A stretch of 64,000 bases of DNA from Macrostomum lignano (taxonomy: Eukaryota), in the NCBI GenBank assembly GCA_002269645.1, contig NIVC01000734.1, forward strand, positions 186,001 to 250,000, in the 5' to 3' direction. Every line of letters starts with the position of its first letter. The first letter of the stretch is position 1. Positions 1 through 11,193 of the stretch are shown here, piece by piece. The translations under genes and the position numbers were made by a program. The notes beneath the pieces are model-generated. The model was not told the origin of the DNA, did no database searches, and saw only the letters and a list, made by a program, of their open reading frames with translations.

Positions 1-420
1 CTTTCCCCTCTTCTCTCTCCCTCTTCTCACCTCTACTCTTTCCTCTCTCTCCTCTCTCCCCTCCTCTCGCTTTTTCCTCGCATATTCTCTGCTCTCTCCT
101 CACCCCCTCGTATCTCTTGTTATCTTCTTTTGTCTCTTGTTTCTTGTTTTGTCGGTAAGAATCAGTATTGCCTTCGGGAAAATTTAGATAAGAAGTGCCG
201 TATACAAATAACATATTTCAAATCATCTACTATTCTTTATATCCTACTGTAAGTAGCAATCCTTAAACAACTTTAAAGAATTAAAGAGTACCAAAATTCG
301 AATTTCATGCCGCTACTGTATTTGTAAACCATACTACTAACAAGTAGCATGAGTTTTTACGCATGCAAAAAAACATAAATTTGTTAATAAGGTATTACCT
401 TACTTCATTTACCACATCAG

Positions 421-824
421 ACACTGCTAAAGGCTTCTACAAGCCACCGGAGAAGCCGCCGCAGACGCTGAAGCATGATGTCAAGGAGGCCATTAAGGCC
501 ATTCTAAAGCACGCCAGCAATCGATCAATGCTAAGAGTGCACAGGCATCAAACTGATGGCTACCCGGCTCGTCTTTACACCGGCACACCTGAGCAGGCGG
601 CAGCAGGTTCATCAATTGGTCTTGCAGAGTCACTGGCAGCAATGGGCTGCAGACTGCTCCTGATGCCGAGACTTGAGCCGCATCAGCGCCTCAGTCTGGT
701 AGCTTTGCCAGCTACTTCAGCAGATGTGCAGCAGCCACGCAGCGGGCTGCAACCGCAAGCCAAGAGGCACCGAACTATGGTGGCAATTATTTTGGATTCT
801 TCAGACAAAGATCCATCCAGCTAA
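421..824 (+). CDS. Terminal exon of a paralog of the CMC-transposon accessory gene (rest of gene lies left of the window)
   Basis: Acceptor ttcatttaccacatcag| at 420. DVKEAIKAILKHASNR resembles DVKNAVIDMLKRGNDR of exon 14231-14640. Both end with a basic KR motif and an acidic/Ser tail (ILDSSDKDPSS vs ILSSEDEPDTCTSSD). Confidence 0.5.
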
Positions 825-2410
825 AAACTTTCTTTATTATACTAAAACTGAAATCACCTGAATTGAAAAATGCATTACTTTACTTGATTTTACATTTGAG
901 CTTCGCACTTTTTACTTTAATTTATGCCATGTCTTGCGTTTCATAACTTTATATGGCATGTTCCATAATATTAGATGCAATTTTTATTTTATTACTAAAT
1001 TGTACAATCGAAAATGCTAGCTTAAATAAAACATTTACGCCTCTCATACAGGGTATACTAGTTCCATTATGTTGCTGATGTGACCTACTGGCATAAGCGA
1101 TTCAACGCGTAGTAACACGGGAATGAGTGGGACAGGAGCGGGTAACGAGGAGCAGGTAGCAAGGAGCAGGTAGCAAGGAGCGGGTAGCAAGCAAAAAGCA
1201 GGAATGGGAAGCAGCTAGCTAGAAATCACCCTGTGGGGAGAATTTGAGGGGGCGCCTCTGGGCGCCCGTTCGCCTAGGGTCGCCCGAAAAAATGTAGATT
1301 TTTTTCGGTTTAATATTGTGCTAAAGTACTTTGAATGTTTGAGCCAACAGCAGAAAACGGAACGCTTGGGATGATTTTCAATGTACTTTAACTTTCAGTA
1401 AATCCCAGTGCGCCCTCCAATACGCTCCGGCGCTACCGGGCGCATGATGTATTGAGATGCATTTTCGGGAATTATTGAAAGCTGTTTAGGATTAACAATA
1501 GCTTTTGATACATCTTTAACGTGTCAAATTTATTTTTCCTTCTCCTCCATTTCAAATTTACAATCTCTATTGCTTTTCGTCTGAAGGGCGCCCTTAGTCG
1601 ATTGGGCGCATCCCAAACAATGCATGCGCCACACCCGCGCAATTTTAATATTTTACCGAAAAGTTAAAATGTTAAATAAAGCAGTTGTTACGCAAGACAA
1701 TCGCACGTGGCATTTTTTTATAAAGGCTTAGCAGTTCCTTTTAATGTCTGTCTCCGAATTTTTAACTAATCAGTTCAACGGCTTTGCTTTTTTCTCAATC
1801 TATTTAATATTAAGACTTCATTTTTCGCTTCATTACATACTGCTTCCGAAGTAGTATTTGTAGCATATATTTTAAGCATAGCTAAGATTAGCCGACATGG
1901 CAGACACACGGCATGAGCCATGTATGAGCTGCACAGCTCCCATTAGCGCTATAAAATCCCATTAACTACTGACACTTGACAATCTGAAGGCGGACATTGT
2001 AGAGAATATGGGACATTGTATCAACATTTTTAGAATATTTGGAGCAACTTGAGGAGTTTCTTGGCGAAGAAGGGTTACAGCCCCAGTCCCAAGAAGCCCT
2101 GCTGCATGGAATCGTCACAGTTGAGAAGTGCAGTATACTTCACAATTCACATCCAGTGAATCGTGTATTTACTGTTCTTCCAGCGGTTGCATTCCACTTG
2201 GGACGGCCATCAAGATATTAGCAGTGCAATACTATTTATTCATCACGAGTACAAATTGTGAATATAAATGTTGTGCTGCGCAGCTCCTTCAGGGAACCGA
2301 AACAGTAACTAAGCATTCAAACAGCCGAGACAACCCTTCCAATGTGAAAAGGGTTAGTTAATTAGCTTTACGCTGTATGAATTTACGCCACATCCTCATA
2401 TCATCATTTA

Positions 2411-4534
2411 CAGTTGTGTTTTCAGGGAGATGCAAGTTCCCTGTGTGATTCCCTGCGTGAGCGCGCAGGGCCCCTGTTTTCATTTTAGCCTCCGCGTGTC
2501 AAACTCACGTTGGGGTGGTTTTGACAGGTCGTGAAGTAATTGGTTCCGCCCTGCCGCCTCACCCCGTAACACTCATTTTCGCCCATAATACACTACAGAG
2601 ACCGACTTCATCAAATATGAACACCTCAAAATTCAAGTGCGTCAAACTTTGAAGTTTGCATCAAGCGCGAATTTAAGAAGGCCATTTTGTTTTCAGTTGA
2701 AACAAAAGTAGCAGAGCTCATTTTTACCATCTTGGTCCCTGCTTGTGAAGTTTGAACTGATCCCACAGTTCTTTTAGTTTTTCAGATATCCAGAGGCGGA
2801 TTAGCAGGTCTAAGAATGCCCGCTTGCGATTTGTGAAGTTTGAACTGATCCCACAGTTCTGACTTTTCACACAGACCTTGGGCATCCAGTGGGCTATCAA
2901 TCAGATAAAAAACCATTGCCGAGTGACTTTTAGTTTTTCAGATATCCAGAGGTGGATTAGCAGCCAATTTCCAATGCTTTCAAATGGGGAAAGTCTAAAA
3001 TGACCCACTTTGATTTGTGAAGCCCGAGATGAAGCCTCCGTTCTGACTTTTCACACAGACCTTGGGCATCCAGTGCGCAGTCAATCGGAGAAAGAAACAT
3101 GGTCGAGGGACTTTTAGTTTTTCAGATATCCAGAGGCGGATTAGCAGGTCTGAGAATGCCCGCTTGCGATTTGTGAAGTTTGAACTGATCCCACAGTTCT
3201 GACTTTTCACACAGACCTTGGGCATCCAGTGCGCAGTCAATCGGAGAAAGAAACATGGTCGAGGGACTTTTAGTTTTTAAGATATCTAGAGGCGGATTAG
3301 CAGGTCTGAGAATGCCCGCTTGCGATTTGTGAAGTTTGAACTGATCCCACAGTTCTGACTTTTCACACAGACCTTGGGCATCCAGTGGGCTATCAATCAG
3401 ATAAAAAACCATTGCCGAGTGACTTTTAGTTTTTCAGATATCCAGAGGTGGATTAGCAGCCAATTTCCAATGCTTTCAAATGGGGAAAGTCTAAAATGAC
3501 CCACTTTGATTTGTGAAGCCCGAGATGAAGCCTCCGTTCTGACTTTTCACACAGACCTTGGGCATCCAGTGCGCAGTCAATCGGAGAAAGAAACATGGTC
3601 GAGGGACTTTTAGTTTTTCAGATATCCAGAGGCGGATTAGCAGGTCTGAGAATGCCCGCTTGCGATTTGTGAAGTTTGAACTGATCCCACAGTTCTGACA
3701 TTTCACACAGACCTTGGGCATCCAGTGGGCTATCAATCAGATAAAAAACCATTGCCGAGTGACTTTTAGTTTTTCAGCCGTATGGGGTTTCATGAAATCC
3801 CGACGAAACTTCTAATGACAGAAGCAAAGGCAATGAAAAAATTTTCTCCGCTTGTGATCGAGCGATTGCTCTTTCTCTGATTAATACAGCTCTGGATGCC
3901 CAATGACTGAAAATTCGGAACTCTGGGATTATCTCAGGCTTCACAAGATGAAGTGGAATGGTTTAGACTTTCCCTATTTGGAAGTGTTGTTAATGAGAAA
4001 CAGCCAGTCTGCTGAATTAGCGTTTAAGTGAAACTCTCACGGCCAAACCGGCACTTTGCACTCATGTTTATATTATCGACAGATGGATAATCAGACACCA
4101 GTGTACACTGACGAACGCATGCATAGACACTAAGCAGCGACACAACAGAAGCATTGCAAATTGGGCTATACTTGCAGAAGAGAGAGGAATGCATGTGACA
4201 CTGTACTCTGATCTAGTCATATTCGTTTACTCGATCGTTGTGTAATAAGGATATTCTATATCTAATCATCTTTGCTGTCATCAGATCCAGTCTCGTGGAG
4301 TCGTGGACCGCGGTTGATGTTTGATTTGATTTTTAATGGTACAAAATGTTAGTTGTCCTGGGGTGTGGGGCACTTCATGGCAGGAGAGGGGGTTCGTAGT
4401 GGATAGAGATTGGCTTCCTGAGCTGGAGGGAGGGGAGCAGCAACCCCACGTCCCCTGCGCCTCCACGTCCCCTGCCCCTGCACCCCCACAAGGGGACCCC
4501 GCAGGGAATTTGCATCTCCCCGTGGGCACAACTG
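2411..4534. mobile_element. Non-autonomous TA-flanked (Tc1/mariner-type) element containing a satellite array
   Basis: TA|CAGTTGTGTTTTCAGGGAGATGCAAGTTCCCTG at left; the reverse complement of the right end is TA|CAGTTGTGCCCACGGGGAGATGCAAATTCCCTG (27/33 match). No transposase seen. Confidence 0.65.
2740..3778. repeat. Tandem array of ~155-185-bp monomers with a 496-bp higher-order period
   Basis: Monomers start TTTAGTTTTTCAGATATCCAGAGG and come in two variants. Near-identical spurious ORFs at 2995 and 3491 are 496 bp apart. Confidence 0.85.
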
Positions 4535-6524
4535 TATATGATGGATTCTTATTTGCTTCGGTCACTTTACACACTCGGAGTCAGACCGTTTTCAGTCGGA
4601 GGCTTAGTATTAGTAGTGTTTTCCCAAATCAAAATTCCAAAAACCATTTAAAGCATGGTTGGGGAGGCAAAGGGGAGGGAGGGGGGCTCTGGCAGCCTTA
4701 ATATCTCTGAAACGAAATGAGATGGAATGATAATTTCTTCTGTGACAGATAGGGCATGAAATTTCGAAAAGAGAGGAGAGGGTCCATATACAATGTACAC
4801 TTGTATGCAAGGGATATATCTCTTTGTTTGCTTTGGTCATCTTTAAGCACAGTGCAAGCAAAACTTTGCTCCCCATTTCCAAGTTCCAAAAACCAGTCTA
4901 AAGCATGAGGGGGTTTGGGGGTTTGGGGTTGCGAACAAAGGCTTCTCTGTCAGAGGCAGGAGGCAGCCACAGACCAAGAAATAATACCAGACTGCACATG
5001 TAGGGTGAAAAAGAGAAAAATGGCACCCCAGAGCCCACCCCCACACGATCGATAATTTTGGTTTAGGCTTTCCGCTCCCTTCTTACTATGGACCTTATTG
5101 TTGTATTTTTGTATTTCCTGCATGCCAGTAGGTAAAAATGTTTACAATTAAACATGAAATCTGCTTCTTTTGCTATTTAAATTTGCCTATGTGAAGTGCA
5201 TGAGGTGCGAAAAGGCAAATGCTTGCATAAATTAAGTTCCATTAGCTCACAAGAAACTTAGTACAATTATTGCTGATCGACCTAACATGCTGCCACTCCC
5301 GGGTCTTCTGTGTGTGAAAGATATTTTGCAGGTTTTTCATTCTTATTTACATGAAGAGCAACCTTATTCATGCATTTCACTAAATGCCTGCTCACCGCAT
5401 AGGCCAAAAGTGTCCCGATTTCGGGCACCTTCCGGCCACTAGTGGCCGAACGTAACGAAGCTAATAATCGATTGGACATCGGACCTGATGACAAAATGTA
5501 ATTTTCGGAAAAGCACATTTTTCATTATTGGCCACTCCAAGTGGACTAAAGTCGTCCACCACACTCGAAAGTCGAACAAAACGTACCTGCTAGCTTGGTA
5601 TCGAATATTGAATCTTTTCAGTCACTTTACTTTCGGCCACTTCCAGGTGCCGGAAGTGTCCCTATTTCGGCCCCCAATCGGCCACATTTTTGGCTACATA
5701 TTTTTTGCAGTGAAGAGTTCAGGGACAAGTCAGACATGCGCAGTGTGGCACAGCTAAATTCCAGAACAGCTAATCAATCCAAACATTAAGTTTGAGCAGC
5801 TTGTTAGGAAATTCGAATCTTGTTCTGGTTCTGAAATGACTGTCTTGAGTTTTTAATTTATTTGATGCTCGTGTCGAAAATCGAGAGCCGTAAAAGTTGT
5901 CATTACTTTCACTTCGAAACTCACTTCTCCGAAAGTGCAGCACAGGGCAGCACTTTCTTTCACTTTATTGTGATTTCACTGTCTCGAAACTTCACTTTGA
6001 CGAAAGCTTGCACCAGCACTTGCACTGTCTTTCGGGAACTGAAATTTCGAGAAATTGAAACGCCAACTCAACTAATGCTCCACCTGTCTGTCTTCACCTT
6101 GGTGTGCTCTACAGGGGTGCCATTTTCTATTGGGGAAAAAAGCGCCTATTTTTCACCATACACGCGCAGTCTGAGTCTAGTATTATTCCTTGGTTTGTGC
6201 ATGGTCAAACCGTGCAGAGGTTACCATTTTCCTTACTTTCAAACCTCTCTAAAATTACTCATTGTACACGGGGTGTGAGTGGACTATTTTGTCTTGGAGA
6301 TATGAAACTGCTCGCGCAGCATATTGAGATTTCTGTTATAATCAGTACATTTCCGTGGATATTTTAAGAGATAGGAATAAAAGAAAGACGATGAAGGGGT
6401 GTACATATGTGTGTGCGTTCAAGTGTGTGTGAACAAGCCAGCTCAGAACACAGAGCATGCCTAGTTTTATTCTGCGGGAGAGTGGAAGGGCCTCCGGCTC
6501 CAAGTCCATTTTTGGAACACTGAA

Positions 6525-6608
6525 CAAGGACTTCTAAACATAGCATAGCAAGGAGCAGGGTGCCTCCTTGCATGCTTCCAGTCCAGGTGCTATGTTTAGA
6601 AGTCCTTG
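6525..6608. mobile_element. 84-bp mini foldback element (MITE-like)
   Basis: Perfect 21-bp TIR CAAGGACTTCTAAACATAGCA / TGCTATGTTTAGAAGTCCTTG. Flanking direct repeat ACTGAA (6519-6524, 6609-6614). Confidence 0.6.
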
Positions 6609-8619
6609 ACTGAACCTACTCAGAGAAGGCGCAAGTTTTTTGCTCCCATTTTTCCTAGCCCATTTTCAATCACTCGCTTACTCATATGAACGTATACTCT
6701 GTTCGCTATGGCCTCACTGCGGTTGGTGAGAGAGAGGGGTATGAACTGATCGAGGAAGCGCGAACAAAGGAACACAGTACGAAAAAGACAGCCAACATGC
6801 CAGTATATTTCTTAGGAGGGATGAACCATGAATATTTTTGACTGCCAGATGGCTGGCCCATGGAGCTCTGACTGGCCAAGGAATACTAGAGACCTGGAAA
6901 TGGAAGTGACACTCCCTCTTTTTTTCCTCTTTTTCGGACCAAGTCAGGCCGGTTGAATTTCCACATTTACACACAGCAGATGGGCAGCGAGAATGTAGAG
7001 CCTTCACATAAGGCTCAATAAGTTAAAATTGGCAAATCCGATTTTCTTAAATCTGGTCTCTTTGGAAAGCTGAATAAATTACTCACATCTCACTTGAAGG
7101 TGACAGGATTCAAAGCCGCAGTGTTTAAGTTAGGAGCAAATTAGTTTGACGTATTGAAAAAAAACAGTTTCTACAAAGCGACATCGAAAAGTGTCAATGC
7201 AAAAAGTTTCTTTAATTGACGGATTTCAAAAGTTAAAGTCTCATTGTATAGATAAAGATGTCTTCTAGAGAATGAGACATGAATCGCTGGAATCTATGAA
7301 GAAATAAAGAACTTTTCTGCATTGACACTTTATTCTTTATAGTAGTTTGTAGTTCATTTAGCCAAAATGAGTGCCAATGGCACCCATATAAATTCCGGGA
7401 GAGCCAAAATGAATAAGCTTTATTACAAAGTTACGGGCTGAAAACATTAACATGACAAAACATGACAAAACAAAAACACTAAAAAATAGTGCAGAAAAAT
7501 ATATCATTGGTCTGGGGTTCACACTGTGCTAGAGGCCACATCGGCCATTTATTTTGAAGCGGGCCCCGCTTCGCAAAGATTCAAAGGGATTCGAATACGG
7601 GTATGAAAAAAATACGAGTATTGAAGGGGACATGACAATGATGAGGGTATCATACTAAAATGAATGGGCAAACAGGAAAGAGAAGTTATGGAGAAATGCA
7701 TGGATTTTTACGGTTCTTTTTATTCCAAGATTTTACCGCAAGCAAACTTATAAACAACTGTGACATACAGGACAGATTCCTCGGGGTGAAATGGTAAGGA
7801 GACAACTCCCTTAAATTTGTATGCGGGTCTTATTTCCTAGTGGATTCCTTGCTTTGTTTGTCACAGACCATATGGCTCCTAGACAAAGCCTGCAAATGTC
7901 TGAAAGAGGCTTTCAAAAATGATCCCCTTGAAAATAATAGAAGATTGCATAGCAAGTTGTATAGAAAAGAATGCGCCCACTTTTGAGGAAAGGACCACTG
8001 TTTTTCTCTATTTATCAAAGCCAAGCTTTTGTTCATTTGTTCGACACTAAAGGAAGGAATAAAAAATTATAGACACCGATCTTGCTTCAAAATTGTACAA
8101 CACATTGAAGAACACCCACAGTATAGAGATAGAGAGCACCAGAGGGTGTGGGCTGGTTCATTGGATTCTAAGTTTAGCATGCAGCTGCTGTCGACTATGT
8201 GCTGCTAGATCTAGAATCTAGACATGCATAGACTTCTAGGTCTAGATTTCCATGGCTGGTTCATCAGCCATGGTTCATCACAAACAAAACTACATTTTAC
8301 TCGTAGCGGAGCGGGGAGGGTTGGGTCGTGGGTGTGATGCGAATTGATCATGGAATGCTTGGGGCTAGCATTCCAAGCGGGTTAGTTCTTTGGTTAGAAT
8401 TCTTGGCAGTTTCTTAGGTGATAAAAACGAAAATATGTGACTTAAAAAAGTTATGATACACAAAAGTATATTAATTCTTAACGGATTCGGAGCAAGGTCC
8501 GACAGTGTTTCAAACTAAATTCATTTCAAAGAGCAGACTTTCTTGAGCAAAATAGATAAAAGCACAATACATCCATTCAGCAGTAAAAGTTTTATTCAGG
8601 AACAAAGTTAAAAAATTGT

Positions 8620-10831
8620 TTATTCATGCATCCACTTAGTTTTCCATGTCCTCACCGTCAGTGGCACAACATAGAACACCTGGCAGGCACGCGCAGCGTC
8701 TGGCTGCTTCGGAATGCACCAGCACTTCCTTTCGGGCTTGCCGGAGATATCTTCCGGTGTGAGGCGGTACAATCCAATCTCCAATGTCAAAGAGCTGTAG
8801 GGATAGGAGTACAGATCTTCTACTGGACGTAGTACCTTTCCAGTCACTGTGCCACTGTCAGACGTTGCTTCAATCAGCATGCACCGCCGTCCCACAATGC
8901 AGCAGTTGTCGCCTCTCGTGGGAGTAAATTTTAACGGTGGAGGAGAGAGGATAGTCGTTCCACGCATCATTTGCACGTGTCGCACCTGCAGAACCTGCTT
9001 GACTGCGTGAGAAGCGACATGGCGAGTCACTTTCACCTTACGCTTCACAATGCCGAGGTAATTCTCAAACGGAAACGTTGAGAAGCTGTTCAGGCTACCT
9101 AGACGCGTGACAAAGTCATGCAAGTGCAATAGGACGTGCACATTGAATGATATTGACTTTTGGCCAAAATACTCGGCCAGCTGCTGAACGAAAACCTCGA
9201 TGCAGCTCTTGGCGTGTTCCCATCGGTGAGACAGTCTCGGCGTCGAGTAGGTGTAGATGGCGAAGTGCAGCAGAAGGAAGTTCTTATACAGTCTAGTAGG
9301 TAAAAAGTTCTTGAATAGGATGGGTCCGATGTAAAGCACAAACTGCCTGAATTCAGTAGCCTTAAAGTGGCTCAGGTTTTTGTCGATCCGCCGCGGCCTC
9401 CTCTGGAAATTCGAAGGTGTATAGCAGGAAATGTCGGCAATAAAGTCGGAAAGTTGTCTCTGCGGATGGTTGACTCGGTGTCGTGCAGATACCGGAAAAT
9501 AGAAGTGCATCAGCTTCCGGACCACCCCAAGACAAACGGCGTGCTGGTAGTCAATGGGGAACGATGTAACGAAGTCCACGCGTGGCAGATAAAGAAGGGG
9601 TGACACCTTGTGTGTTCGCTCGTAATCCATACAGTTCTCGGCCTTCGTTCGGAACAGTATTCCACACCTTCGCTCCCCTACTGTAGTTGAGTAGGTCACC
9701 CTGTTGTCCACGCGCGGACCCGTGGCTCTGCAGTAAGTGCAACCGTGTTAGGAGGTGTGTCCTAATGTCCGCATTATGAATGACCGTGCTGGTGTGTCAC
9801 AAACAAAAAGCAGCTCGGACAGAGTGACACTGACTGCGTCAGCAATTTTGACGGGCCCGGAGAGAAATTGCTCCACTTCGGCACAGAACTCTTGCAGAAA
9901 ATCCTCCAGAGGAGGTTTGCCTACACCAACCCAAATCGCCACCGGGAACGGTTTGGGAAAAGCCTGTGGAATCGTCATGAGAATTGGCCACATTCCAAAG
10001 GAGCTGGAGTTGTATAGCGGAAGGCCGTCGCAATTTACGACACCAGTGAACTCGTAAACCCTATTGTCTCCTTCGAGTCGAAGACGTTCTGGTTTCAGCT
10101 GCAGCAAATCTCTTTTATGCAGTTCCTGTAGATTGTTCAGAACTGACACGTAGCGGAACTTCCCTGCGCCCATGGGCAGCAGCTCAGTCAGGGGTTCCGT
10201 CCTTTTAATGATGGTTTCAATGCGGCTGACCGACATAGGCGCAATCAATCGTAGGCGGTGCAGTTCACGAATAAGAAATTCGACCGCTCTTCGAGAAGCC
10301 CCGTGTACGGTCCTCAATAAAACGAATACATCCTCCAATTGCTCTTCGAGTGGGCGATTGTCCGCCACCACACCGGCATTCGTCGCGCTGTCCTCCTCCG
10401 CTTCTTCACTGGACTCACTGCAGACGGACTCAAGTTCTCCATATGTTTCAACGTGGTCATCAGAAAGTCCACCTGTCGAAAAGTATATTTATGAAATATT
10501 GACGTAAGTGAGAGTGAATAGAGTGGCAGAGTGGTAGATAGAGAAATCATATGATGGTAGCGATATGATCATACATAGAGGGTAGAAAGGGATAAGAGAG
10601 GGTAGAAAGAGGTCATAGAGGGTAGAGAGATCAGAATTGTGAAAGCGAGTGTGTAGCCCCAAGAAGCTAAAACGGAAATAGGGGCGAGTGATAACCATCA
10701 CAGTCAGTGTGAACGGACGTAAACTCACAGCAGTGTGGCCCCTCAATTGATGCAGCACCTCCTTCGCTTCCGAGTCCGCTTCTTGTGTCGGAAACTCCAA
10801 TTGGCTCTTGGCTCGAAAGTAGGCTACCCAT
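8620..10831 (-). pseudogene. CMC/EnSpm-like DDE transposase, 2 exons (10831-10729, 10472-8620), one in-frame nonsense codon
   Basis: Motifs NCDGLPLYNSS..WPIL, FVCDTPAR, GHTS*HGCTYC, IDYQHAVCLGV, KATEFRQFVLY, HVLLHL and FSTFPFENYL. ORFs 9748-10371 and 8620-9711 share a frame, separated by TAA at 9748-9750 where Tyr is expected. Phase-1 intron 10728-10473 (gtgagt...gacag). An upstream ATG at 10910 is one frameshift away. Confidence 0.85.
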
Positions 10832-10910
10832 GATGTCTGGGGTTTTGAAGTAGATGTCTAAGGTTTCTTTCTGCTGTTGTTCTTGTGCTTTTAGCTTTGC
10901 TGATTTTCAT

Positions 10911-11193
10911 TGTTTATGGAATGAATTTACTTTAATTATTACTTATTGAATTTACTGAATTTACAGAATTAATTTTTATCGAAGGTCGAGTTTCATTCGG
11001 GCACCTCTAATAGGAGGACCCGGGTGAGTGTGGGGTTCTGCTAAAGAATTCTCTCGGAAGAATCCTATTGGCTCAGAGGAGTCAATGGAAAGGGGGTGGG
11101 CGATGAAGAATTTTATATACAATTCAATTGTGCCCTTCATGTGGCGCTGAACCCATGCCACTCTGCTAAACCGATATCTGATTATTCCGAACC
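10911..11193. promoter_or_regulatory. Putative bidirectional promoter between transposase and accessory gene
   Basis: Head-to-head starts about 280-360 bp apart. Inferred from the arrangement only. Confidence 0.35.
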
